Positions 13,500 to 25,623 of a DNA stretch of 64,000 nt are shown one piece after another. Position 1 is the first letter of the stretch, and the number at the start of each line of letters is the position of its first letter. The position numbers were made by a program, and so were the translations under genes. The notes beneath the pieces are model-generated. The model was given only the letters and a program-made list of their open reading frames with translations, made no database searches and had not been told where the DNA came from. This DNA is from the human T2T-CHM13v2.0 reference genome, Homo sapiens. Location: the NCBI RefSeq assembly GCF_009914755.1, contig NC_060940.1, one strand, 5' to 3'.

Positions 13500-14560
13500 T
13501 ATTAAATCAAAAGAGAAACAATGGATTGTCCAATATACAAAGCTGGAACCACTACACAAGCAATTGAAAGAAAAATATAATAGTCCATAACTCATGCCTG
13601 GAAAATTAAAACTTGATCAAATATTTAATTTTTTAAAAAAAGTAAGCCATAACAATTCTAGAAGAAAACATTGGAAAATGTCTTTATCATCTTGGAGGGT
13701 CAAAGATCTTTCTAATTATGGTTCAAAACTAAGATGTCATTAAAGATTGATACATTTGATGAAATAAACATTTTTAAAAATTTTTGCAAGCCTCTCTCAG
13801 AAAAGGAAAGGGAAAAATACAACAATTATCTATGGGAGTAGATAAGAAAAAGCCCAGCCGTTCAATAGAAAAATAGACATGGGAAATATAACTGACTTTT
13901 ATTGAAAGTACATTGAGCTGCTGTTTTTTATCTATAAGATTGGCAAGAATCCAAAAGTTGTCTAAATACATTCTGTTGTCAAGGGTACTGTAATAGGCAT
14001 CCCTCATTCATTATTAGTATAACAATAAATTGCACAATGCTTATAGAGGGTAAATTGACAATATTTATTGTAATTACAAATGTAGACACCCTTTGACGTA
14101 GTAATTATAATACTGGTAACTGATCCTGAATGTATGAACTCATGGAGAGGAGTAACATAAACACATGGTTACCCATTGCAGCATAGTTTATAATATCACA
14201 AGAGTGAAAGCAACTCAAATGTTCACAATACAAAGAAAGATTATGTAGTTATAATTTTTTAAACCTAAGAAATTATCCTAAGCACTAATATAGAAAGATT
14301 CTCCAAATACTTTGAGTGAAAAAAATCAGTGTGCTATATTTTATTTGGGAGAATAAGAAAACAAACTTATATTCATCTGAATGTACAAAAGACATTTGGA
14401 AGGCACACGAGAAACAAATAAAAGTAGATGTCTGGAGGGATGATAAGAACTGAATAGACTGGGGACAGAATTAGGGAAAAAAGTTACTATATTTTAAAAA
14501 ATAGTTTACTTTGTGAATTTGTCAGTGTATGAACGCAATAATATTTGATGATGCATTAAA
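13500..14560 (+). mobile_element. Ancient L1M (L1ME-like) ORF2 end / 3' region, decayed
   Basis: A-rich with L1 motifs such as TTCTAGAAGAAAACATTGGAAAATGTCTTTAT and CATTGCAGCATAGTTTATAATA. Confidence 0.65.
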
Positions 14561-15006
14561 AATTGAGTATCTAATGAGAAAGTAGAGAATACAACACTGT
14601 CCAAATATATTTGACCAAAAAACCTTTTCTTCTGGAATACTTATGGAATTGCTGCTCTAGATCAATCATGGATCCAAATTTATGCAGTTTTGGACAGAGA
14701 TGACCTTTTTATTCAAGAGCTCAGTGTCATCTGCCTTCAGAAGGAACTATGAGATTTCTACAGCTGATCATGACAGAATAACTGGTTCCAGATTTTACCA
14801 GACTTTTCCTCATACCTGGAAAATTAAAATTTGATCAAATATTTAATCTTTTAAAATTAAATATTTTAATTTATTTAAATTTAATTTAAAATTAAATAAA
14901 TGAGCAGCACTGTTGTCAATGAGAAAACTCGAAGGAAAAACAGTACATGAATCAACTGTTCTCAGACATTGAACAACAGGCAGTGGAGAACTGTGGGATC
15001 CCTGAA

Positions 15007-15194
15007 TAGTGTTGCCAAATTTAGCAAATACAAATACAGGAAGCCCACTCAAATATGAATTTTAGATAAACAATGAGTAATTTTTAATATGAGTATCACA
15101 TGCAATATTTGAGACATAATTATATTAAAAGTTTTCATTGTTTATCAGAAATTCAAATTTAAATGGGTGCCCTGTATTGTATCTGGCAACACTA
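15007..15194. mobile_element. MER53 palindromic hAT MITE
   Basis: Terminal inverted repeats TAGTGTTGCCA / TGGCAACACTA; internal arms GATAAACAATGA / TCATTGTTTATC; degenerate 8-bp TSD TCCCTGAA/TTCCTGAG. Confidence 0.9.
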
Positions 15195-15319
15195 TTCCTG
15201 AGAGAAGAGAAATCTGAGAAGTGAGAACCCACCCCAGCTTTCTACCTGGGGGCACTTTCTGGCCACAAAGTAGGAAGGGGGAACAAATCAGTAACAAAAT
15301 ATACCTGACAAAGCTTCAG

Positions 15320-17010
15320 ATGTATGAAAATTAAACATAACCTAAATAACCTATGAATCAAGGAAGATATTAGGAGAAATATTGGAAAAGTAGATTGGAT
15401 TAAATGATAATGAACATGCAACATATGAAAATATATAGCCTGCAGATAAGGCAGAGTTTAGAGGAAAATGTCTAGCTTTATATGCTAAACTAGAAAAGGA
15501 AAAAAGCCTACAGTTTATACCCTAATAAATTAGAGGAATAAGCAAGATATTAATCCCAAAGTAAATAGAAAGAAGGCGAAAAGAATGGACATCAGTGAAA
15601 TAGAAAATATGCAAACAAAAAATGATGAAATAAAAAGTTGGCTCTGAAAAGATCAATAAGTGTGATCAATTGCAAGCTAGACTATTCAAAGAGAAGGGGC
15701 TAGAGAGAGAATAAAGAGAAAGGGAAAAGAAGAGGGCGAGAAGAAGAAAGAATATAAATTACTAATATTGGGAATGAAAAAGGAGACATCACTATAGTTC
15801 CTAGAGACATTTTTTAAGAAATAGGCTGGGTACAGTGGCTCAAGCCTGTAATCCCAGCACTTTGGGAGGCTGAGGCGGGAAGATTGCTTGAAGCCAGGAG
15901 TTCAAGACCAGCCTGGGCAACAGAGCAAGATCCAATCTTTACAACAACAACAACAAAAATTTAAATTTTAATTAGCCAGGTGTGGTGGCACACACCTGTA
16001 GTCCAAGCTACTTGGGAGGCTGAGTTGGGAGGATCACTTGAGTCCAGGAGGTTGAGGCTTCAGTGAACAGTGATCTCACCACTGCACTCTAGCCTGGGCA
16101 ACAGAGCTAGATCTTGTCTCAAAAAAAAAAAAAGAAATATTTTAACAACTTTATGTTAATACTTTTGACAGTTTAGATGAAATTGACAAATTCCTTGATA
16201 AATTGCACTGAATATTGACACAAGATGAAACAGAATATCTAAATGGTTCTATATCTTTTAAAGAAATTGAAATCTTCCCACAAAATAACTTTAGGCCCAA
16301 CCGATCCCACCGATAAATTCTCCCAAACATTTAAAAAGAAAATAATACCAATTTCATATGAACTCTTTCAGAAAATAAAAGAGGAGAGAATATTTTCTAA
16401 CTCATTTTATGAGATCAGTATTACTTTGATAACTAAAGTCACTCAAAAACATTTTTTAAAAAAGAAAATTGTGTAACAATACTCCTATTGAATATGAAGA
16501 TAGAAATTCTTAACAAAATGTTAGCAATTGAATCCAGCAACATGTAAAAAGGGATTATACAATACCATCAAGTAAAGTTTATCCCAGGAATGCAAGGTTG
16601 GTTTAACATTTGAAAATTAGTGTAACTCAGCATTCTAACAAAATAAAGCGGATAAAAACTTACATGTTTATTTCAACAGATTCAGAGAAAACATTTGAGA
16701 AAATTCAACACCCATTCATATAAAAATTCTCAAGGCATCTGTGAAAGGACATCTGTGAAAAATCCTCAGCTAACATAATTAATGGTGATATACTAAACAC
16801 TTTCCCTCTAGAATTGAAAACAAGACAAATTCTCACTTGTATTCAACATTGTACAGGTGATTCTAAACAGTCTACTGGTACAAAGAACTGAAATAAAAAC
16901 ATATGCAGGTCGGAAAGGAAGAAGTAAAAATGCCTTTCTCCATAGCAAACATGATCATGCAAGTGGAAAATCTAAAAGAATTACAAAGAAAAGTACCAGA
17001 ATTAAGGCTA
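15320..17010 (+). mobile_element. Old L1M ORF2 fragment (decayed), interrupted by an Alu
   Basis: ORF 16243-16476 gives L1 ORF2-like IIPISYELFQKIKEERIFSNSFYEISITLI; ATCCCAGGAATGCAAGGTTGGTTTAACAT. Confidence 0.85.
15824..16131 (+). mobile_element. AluJ with TSD
   Basis: Full Alu dimer with A tail; TSD AAGAAATA at 15816-15823 and 16132-16139. Confidence 0.93.
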
Positions 17011-18129
17011 TGAAATGTCACTTGAGGAAGCTAAAATCAGTACAGCAGGATTCAAGAGTGGATCCGAATTACTTGGGGGTAAATAGGAACTATAACACAA
17101 GTGAAGGACGTCCTTCATGCTCACCCACGTCTCCCAACCCACAGCCTCTGACACAAAGAGCTCAGACTTTAAGAAGCCATTCGGTTCCCTCTAATGTCAG
17201 GTTCCCATCCAGCTAGAGCCCAGGCACATTGCTGGAGAAAGCAATCAGCAGTTTTAAACTGACTTTGTACACCTGTGTTAATAATTGCTGAAGCTGTAGA
17301 TGGACACATAGGGACTCATGATATCATTTCTCTACATCTGAATTTTGTAAAATTTTTCTTAATAAAAAGGCAATTTTTGATTTGATTATTATTTCTGTTT
17401 GCCTGGCAAAGCACTGGTTTGAATAGAGCACTAGATTGGTCAGCTGAATTAAGACCTGACTAAACTATTAACGTGCTGCCTGATCTTAGGCAAGTCTGTT
17501 TCTCCCTCTGGGCTTCAGCAACTAGAGTTGAAATGAGAATGTGAATTATATTACTGTTTTTAAACTGTCACATGGGGGCTTTTGCTTCCCAGAGATTGTT
17601 TTATAGGCAGTGCTAGCACAGGTTAGGGGTGGGGTTGGCATAGGAATGGGGGCATGAATGTGCACCGCTCAACAATCCTGCTTTTATCTGCCTTGTCTGT
17701 GTCAGGCTTGCATCAGGGTACTATTTGTTCGTTTTGTTTGATTTCCCTCCCTCAGACTCTGCCATGGGCCATTTTTCAGTCCCCAGTTGATACTAAAGCA
17801 GAAAAACATTTCTGGTTGCAGAGTACATTTTTCTGCTCCAAAGACTAAAGAAGGGGGATGAGGGGAAGGAAGAGGAAATCAGTGGGTGACTCAGACAGAG
17901 GAGGTTTTTCAGGGAGCAGCAGCCTCTAAAATGGGGAGGAGATGAGAGCCCTTCTGACCATGGATTACATACAGCACAGAAAGAAAAGAAATCAGCCTGC
18001 CGTCACTGGCCAGTGTAGAACCCCCATCCCCATGTCCATAGTTATTTTCAATGTTTGTCCTAGAATTGAATGGTGGATCCATTTTTCCCAATAATCTGGG
18101 ATTTGTCAAAAGTGTTGATGTGGGTCCGG

Positions 18130-18490
18130 GGCTTCTCCCATCAGAGGTCGGCCTATTTCCCCTCACCTTGCCGCTGGGCTGGCCTAGAACTTCTTTGGCC
18201 AATAAAGTAGAGTGGAAGTGACACTATGCCAGTTCTGGGTATAGCCTTTAAGAGGACTGGCAATTTCTTTTTGTTTTTCTTCAAGCCTTGAGCCTCCATG
18301 TAAGAAGTCTAGCTAATCAGCTCAAGAGACCATGTGGAGAGGCCCTGAAACCACATGGAAAGGGGAATGGGTCTGGTGGACCCAGCCTTCCAACCATACC
18401 ACCAAGGTGCCAGAGATGTGGGTGAACCATCTTGTCTCCTACAGACCAGCCAGTTGCCAGCTGAACATCACTGAGGGATTCCAGCCAATG
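18130..18490 (+). mobile_element. MLT1G/H-like MaLR LTR fragment
   Basis: TTTGGCCAATAAAGTAGAGTGGAAGTGACACTATGCCAGTTCTGGG...CATGTAAGAAGTCTAGCT. Confidence 0.7.
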
Positions 18491-19507
18491 GTGAAATGAA
18501 GGCGTCTCTCACCTGAACTCATCCAGGGCTAATGGAATACAACAGAGAATGGGGTTGGAAAATACTAGCTCACCGCTACGTCAAATAGCCCTTGAACTCC
18601 AGCAACCATGGAGCGTCAAATCATTCCCTGGGAAATCCCCCCCTCAAGAAACTTCTGTGGGTGGCACAGAGCACCTTGGCTGGTACGGACCTCAGTAATG
18701 TGGGAAGTGACCAGGCTCATCTGAGACTCTTGCCACAAACCTGGAATGCATGTCTTCATTTATTTTGAAAAGCTTCAGGACATTTTCTCTCCCAGATGTT
18801 AAGCATTACATGGCAAAGATGATAGAAACAGGCCTAATGAGCCTTTGATTGTTGTATACGCCATGATGCTGTGCTGGAGGAGGTTGAAGATGGGAGACTG
18901 GGTCCTCAAAGAAATACTCACAAGTCCTCCCCATCCTTCCAGGAAGAGCCCACCCCTCTCTCAACCATCAGCAAGCCCAACTGCTTTTAATTCCAACAAG
19001 TTGTTTTCTTTTATCATTAATTTTGACAGTAGAAAAAAACCCTTTGATATCAAAGAAGGCAGGACTACTCGAAATTATTATTTTTATTAGATTAGTAATA
19101 GTGGTGGTGATAAATTGGACCGAGCAAGAGTTGATGTAATGGACCCTCCTGGCCCCAAGCACAAGGCTGTCATCTCCGTTTACCTTGCTTCTTCATTCTG
19201 GCCTGGGTTATAAGTGATTGTGTGTCTGTCTCTCTCCCCTCTGGATTTGTCAGCACCTGGAGGGTACAGCCCTTGTCTCATTCACTTTTCTACCTCCCAA
19301 CTCCCCATGGCAATAAGCACAGAGAGGTCCTTAATCAACGCACCGGATAGGATATTCAGTAAAACCTCAATTAGTTGGAAACCTCATTGAACTGAGTTTT
19401 ATAAATGACTGTCCACTGGGAGGAGGACAAAGCGAATGTGAGAAATAAGCTCCAGGATAAGATGGTTTCTGTTGCTTTTTTGCTTTTGTCTTTAAAGCAT
19501 TTTTTTA

Positions 19508-19804
19508 AGAGATGGGGTCTCTCTGTGTTGCCCAGGCTGGACCATAGTGGCTGTTCTCAGGTGCAGTCTCATTACTGATCATCACTGGAGTTTTGAGATG
19601 CTCCATTTCCAACCAGCTGGTTCATCCCTCCTTGGGCAACCTGGTAGCCCCCCCTCCCTCCTGAGAGGTCACCATATTGATGCTCAATTTAGTGCAGACA
19701 CCTGATGGACATTACACACCGCAGCCTAGGACTCCAGGGCTCAAGAATCCTCCTGCCTCAGCACCCTGAGTAGCTGAGACTACAGGTGCGCACCACCACA
19801 CCAC
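19508..19804 (-). pseudogene. 7SL (SRP RNA) processed pseudogene, near full length including S domain
   Basis: Reverse strand reads 7SL-specific CACTAAATTGAGCATCAATATGGTGACCTC...CCAGGTTGCCCAAGGAGGGATGAACC...CAAAACTCCAGTGATGATCAGTA between Alu-domain ends; TSD TTTAAAGCATT at 19491-19501 and 19807-19817. Confidence 0.93.
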
Positions 19805-19899
19805 TTTTTAAAGCATTCTTAAGGGTAGGCCTGGGGTCTGCACGTGGTTAGCTGAATCATCACAAAATATACTTACCCTCCCCAGGCCTGATTGAAGCG

Positions 19900-20264
19900 T
19901 GTAGTAGTCTCTTTTCATACTGCTGATAAAGACATACCTGAGACTGGGTAATTTATAAAGTAAAAGAAGTTGAACGGACTCACAGTTCCACGCAGCTGGG
20001 GAGGCTTCACAATCATGGCAGAAGGCAAAAGGTACATCTTACATGACAGCAGACAAAAGAGAGAGTGAGAGCCAAGAGAAAAGGGAAACCCCTTATAAAA
20101 TCATCAGGTCTCGTGAGACTTATTCACTACCACGAGAACAGTATGTGGGGAATCCGCCCCCATGATTCAATTATCTCCCCCCGGATCCCTCCCACAACAC
20201 GTGGGAATAATGGGAGCTGCAATTCCAGATGAGATTTGGGTGGGGAGACAGCCAAACCATATCA
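19900..20264 (-). mobile_element. THE1 (MaLR) solo LTR
   Basis: Ends GAGATTTGGGTGGGGAGACAGCCAAACCATATCA, the reverse complement of the THE1 start; CCTGAGACTGGGTAATTTATAAAG. Confidence 0.92.
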
Positions 20265-20354
20265 AACCTAGTTCCTCTTTCACCCTGCACATGATGGGGG
20301 CAAACAGAGAAACAGTTTCAGACATTGAATAAAGGTTATCCTGGGGCCTAGACA

Positions 20355-21080
20355 TTCATTCAGCAAGTGTCCATCCACCACTTACTATGGGCACTTACTG
20401 TTCAAGGCAGTGGATATGTAACACTGAGCTCACAGCTTGAGTGGGGAAGGAAGACAGATAATGAACAAGGAAACATACAAACAGGTGCCATGTCAAGTGA
20501 TCCTAAGGGCTACTCTGAAAAATAAAGCAAGTTAAGGGAGTAGCTGGGGAGGGGGGTTGTTCCTGAGAAAAGGGAGCTAGGTAGGCCTCCAGAATGTGAA
20601 TGAAACACACATATAGCTGAGGGAGGAGAGTTCCAGGAAGAAAGGCAAGTGCACAGGTGGGAGAGTACTTGGGAGTTTGGGAAAGGCATTCTGAGTGTCT
20701 GGAGTGAGGTGAGGCAGAGGGAGGATAGGAAGAGATAGACCAGAGAGGGAGGCAGGCTGCCTGCTGCTATAAGGAGTTAGGATTTTCCTCTGAATGAGAT
20801 GGGTTTTGAGCAGAGGTGTAACATGATCTCATTTGCATCTTAAATGCCTAATTCTGGCTTCTGCCAGAACAACAGACTGAGGGGCCAAGAGGGAGAGAGG
20901 AGGTAGGAGGCCAGGTCGGAGGCTGCTGCAGGATCCGAGCAAGGGCATGATGTGACTGTGACCTGCATAGATGGGCATGGGGAAAAGGAGTCATTTTCCA
21001 GATCAATTTTGATGGCAAGCAGAGGGAGATGAGAGACACAGTAGTTAAAGATGACTCTGAGGTTTGATCCTGAGCACCTG
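20355..21080 (-). mobile_element. L2 fragment(s)
   Basis: CATTCATTCAGCAAG tail plus purine-rich L2 body (GGGTTTTGAGCAGAGG, GTTAAAGATGACTCTGAGGTTT). Confidence 0.7.
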
Positions 21081-21496
21081 GAGGGTCAGTGTGGGAGGTG
21101 GAGGTGTGAGGTGGGACAGGGGAGTTAACCTGTGAATCTAAACATCTTCCCATGTTTAAATAAAATGAGGTTATTACTCACATTGAGGGGCTGTTGCGAT
21201 GAGCAAATGATGTGAGTGAAGGCAGATTTAAACCTAGCTGCATTATGTCAAGGTTAATCTTTACTCCCCTGTCATTTTTACTTGGCGTCCATGCCATATT
21301 CTTTCAAGCTTTCTTACCTATTGCTTCAGAACCTTGGTTTCTTTCCAGCAGACAAATCAGAGTAACCCTGGGAGAGTTTTCATTTTACAGATGCCAGGTC
21401 CACCCCTCACCTGTGAATGGGAGGTCCTGGCAAAGGCTGTGGGCTTGGGCACTCCCAGGTGTGTCTGCCGTGCACTCGGCTCAAGAACTGGAGCTT

Positions 21497-21800
<304 letters not shown>

Positions 21801-22961
21801 ACTAGGGCATTAGAGGGAACAGGCAAATATGTGAAGATGAGACACAGATGAAACACAGGGTTCTAGCTTAGAAGGCTCTCTAATCGTGGAGCCCAAAAGA
21901 CTTCAGTTTAAATAAATAGTATTAGGTTTATTATTAACTTAATAATATAGTAAGATTCACTCTAATAATAGAGGGAAATTTGAAGAAAGGAAAAATTTGA
22001 ATATTTTTGATATTAAAAGTGAGGTTAAAGTGATTTTATATGAGAAAAAACATTTTATTGTTGTAAAGACAGTAGACTACATATTGGAATCATGTAGAAA
22101 GTCTTAATTTCTGAATATTCAGTAAGAATTGACTAACACTTTAAACAGTGTAAAATAACTGCTTTAAAAGTCATTTGTGTGTATATGTATGTATACAATA
22201 TATATATCAGTGAATATAGAAAATAGCAGAAATTACTCAAACTCTTATCAGTCATATTATATGTGGTTTTTAAATGTTTGCTTTCGAAGAAGCACAAAGT
22301 AAAAATTTACCAACCACTATCACTCCCAAAAGGCAATGGCACGCTGACCTTTGCTATGAGTTTTGAATTGCCTAACTCCTCCACTGGGGGGTAGCATCTT
22401 ACATTATTTCCTCTCTGACTCTTATTTCCACCTGGAATATGGGCACACAGTAATTTTGAAGGAAAGAGGCAGGGAAGTGTCTTACACGCCTGCAAATTTA
22501 GTGAGTCCTCATCCATTTGGAAGAAAAAGAAATAGATGCTCAGAAAGGTTAAGTGACTTGCCGGAGGCCACACAGCTGGAACTGCTCAGAACTGGTGCTG
22601 GGACCCAATTTTAATTGCAAAGACCAGTTTGGTAACCACAATGCAAAGTTCCTCTCTGAGTCCAAAGAAATTATTTCAATCTACCATCAAAAGAGTCCTA
22701 AAAGATCAGAGGGTCTGACTACTTATGCGAGTCTCAAAATGGTTTTGGAAACTACAAAGCACTATACAGATACAAGGAGTTTAATTGGTAATAAAATTGT
22801 ATCCTGGCTGCTTCCTATGGTCCTACCAACATTGCAAACTCCTGGAAGAGGAGCTATGCCTTTCCCTTTGCTTAGAGCCCTCCTGCTGGTGCCCAGCACC
22901 CAGTGAGCCCCCCAAACATGCTCACTGAATTGTGCATCTGAATTTGTCCCCTCTGAAATCA

Positions 22962-23027
22962 GAGGAGGCAGAATTAATTCGGTGAGGAGGCAGAATTAAT
23001 TCGGTGAGGAGGCAGAATTAATTCGGT
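22962..23027. repeat. Perfect tandem repeat, 3 x 22 bp (GAGGAGGCAGAATTAATTCGGT)
   Basis: Three identical copies at 22962, 22984 and 23006. Confidence 0.97.
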
Positions 23028-23613
23028 TGCACTGTATTATTAATGTTGCTGAGACTGATATCAGTGTTGAATGCCAGAGGAGCATTCCAGCTGCCTGTCT
23101 TCTTGAATAGGAAAAGAAAGTGAGATGAAACAGTTTCGAGTTTCCCCAGTGAGGCCCTGCCTGGTGCTGATTCACTGACTTCTGTTCAGTCTCTGCACCA
23201 GAGCGTCCAGTGAATTCCAGGCCCCGCGTCTCACCAACACCACCTATGCCAACAGCTGACATGATGGGAGCTTACCAGATGCCAGACACTGTGCTGGGCT
23301 TTACATGTGTATGCTTATTTAGTCTTGCCCACACCCCAGGACTCAGGAACTACCAAGAATCATCCTTATTTCACAGCTGAGGTTCAGAGAGGATAAATAA
23401 CTAGTCTGTGGTTAAACAGTCACAAGACATACATCTGTGTTTTTAAGCCTGAATTATTAACCAGTGTACCCTCTAACCTCTGAATATCATAGATGAATCA
23501 GTACCTGACCAGTTCACCAAACTCTGGACACCAAGTAAGAAGCCCAAAATCCAAAAAAATATATAAGCCAGAAACAAAGCCTAGGAAGGAAGAATTAATA
23601 CCACAATCTCAAC

Positions 23614-23620
23614 CTCTCTG

Positions 23621-23660
<40 letters not shown>
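23614..23660. repeat. (CT)n microsatellite
   Basis: Direct reading. Confidence 0.95.
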
Positions 23661-23664
<4 letters not shown>

Positions 23665-23739
23665 CAAGATATTTCCTCTATATTTCATAGAATTAGTTTT
23701 GTGTATTCTGTTTGTGCACCAGGACATTGGAATGGAAAG

Positions 23740-24540
23740 GCAAGAAATCACTGTTACCTCAACAAATAACTAATGTAAAAAGCAAAGGACGTCATTTGAG
23801 TTATTGAAGTTCAGAAGTATTTCAGGACACATTTACCAGTGAGTTAGGCGTCCGCACTCTTGGGAAACAATGCCCAGGTAATTATTTTAAATGAGCATTA
23901 ATTATGTCATTATTAGAAATGGGGAGAAAATGCAATTTCCTTCTGTCACTTCTTGATATCTTAACTAGAGGAATATTTGCCATGCTATTATAACAAGTCA
24001 CTGTTCGCATAATGGTGCCCAGGCAATAATACAGAGACATGTACATTTTCATATGAATATATCATGCCTAACTAATGAGATTGCTCATTTCATAACTTCA
24101 GTTCCATTTTTATTATTTCATAAAACTGGAAGTCCTTATCCATTTTATGAAAAACACCAAACCTTTGTGAAATTCATTAAATAAGCATAAAAAATTCATT
24201 AAACAAGTGAATTGCATTCAGGGCTGCTTTGATGCAAATGCCCTTTAAGCAATGTAAAACTCCATATTGATTTAACCTTTCATGTTCTGATATTTCCATG
24301 TGGATATAAAAAAAATTCTTTATTCAGGGAATGAAATTAAGTGCTGATCCCTTGATCTCCGGCTGGGCAAGATAGATTGGTCAATTTAAGTAGCTGCTGC
24401 TGATCAGCAAACAACTGAATTTAAAAGTATTAAGCCATGTCGATATTTTAAGTATTGTCACCTGCACATCAAGCAAAGAGAAAAAATTATTATTCCAGCT
24501 CAATTAAGTTTGTGTTTGCTGTCAAGCTGACCTTGAAAGG
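23740..24540. promoter_or_regulatory. Candidate conserved non-coding element / developmental enhancer
   Basis: About 800 bp with no recognisable repeat, AT-rich, dense in TAAT/ATTA, CATAAA, TGACAG/CTGTCA, CTTTGA and ATGCAAAT; Irx gene deserts are known to be rich in such elements; conservation not tested. Confidence 0.6.
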
Positions 24541-25039
24541 GCTACCCCATTGGGCCATGGCTTCATGCCCTTGGAAGTTGACAAGGGCAACAGTGGCAAG
24601 ATGTAAAACACCAACAATAGCCTGAATATTTTGAATTGTGAGGCCAGAACAGCCACAAAATAATTAGCCTGGAGACACCATCCCCTTGGGCTGTGCTCCC
24701 TCATTAGTGGGGGGCAGTCAGTGGAGTAGGCACTAGTTCAGAGGAGGGGAAAAGGGCTTGCCCTTCACCCAAGAAATGCTTCTGGGAACCCTCATTAGGT
24801 AAAGAGCACAAGGTGGGTTTCAGAGGACTCTAGAGCTGGATGGGCTCTTTGAGATCATCTAGCCACTCATTCATTCATTCATTCGTTCGTTCATCCAAAG
24901 TCTATGTGCTGAGTACTGTGGCTGGTACTGGAGAATAAAGTGTGAGTAACATAGCTATTGACCCAAGCCTCATAGAACTCAAAAATTATGAGCAGTTTTG
25001 CAGTGAAGAAGCTGATCTCTTTGAAAAAAAATCTGATCC

Positions 25040-25260
25040 ATAGTGTTATATGCCTGAATCAAATCTCAGTTCTGTCATTTACTAATTGTGTTGTGTGGCC
25101 TTAGGCAAGTGATTTCGTCTCTCTGAGTGTCAGCTTCTTCAAATTTCTACTTCATGAAGCTGTTGGACCAACTCAATAAGATGTTATATATAAAAACCTC
25201 AGCAGAGCAGATGGCAAGCAGTTAAGTGCCTGATAAGTGGCCATCATGATCATCATCATC
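25040..25260 (+). mobile_element. MIR
   Basis: GTGTGGCCTTAGGCAAGTGATTTCGTCTCTCTGAGTGTCAGCTTCTTC. Confidence 0.7.
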
Positions 25261-25623
25261 ACTGCTGTGATTTCAATCTGACCTTCTCGTTTTACAGATA
25301 AAGAAACTGAAACTTGAAGACCTGAGGTCGCACCAAGACTGAGTAGCAGACTGGGACTCAGAGGACCCTTTCTCATGCCAACGGTGGCTACCACAGCCTC
25401 CCACGCTGCAAGCTTTGGATTTCAATGGACTCCTGACTCAGACTGGCTTGTGTGACTGTAAAGTTTACAAACCTGCCAGACTTCAGGTGAAACATGATCC
25501 AGGAGCCCGGTGATGTCATCCGGATTTCGTTACTTGCTGTTGATTTCTCTGCTCCATTTGCTTGGTAATGACTCCAACCTTAGCAAGTTTTTCCTCTTGC
25601 AGTCCCAAGACAGCTTTCAGTAC

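Noticed and set aside
22962-23027. 22-bp palindromic repeats as a CRISPR array
   Set aside because: Head-to-tail copies without spacers, no cas genes, mammalian context
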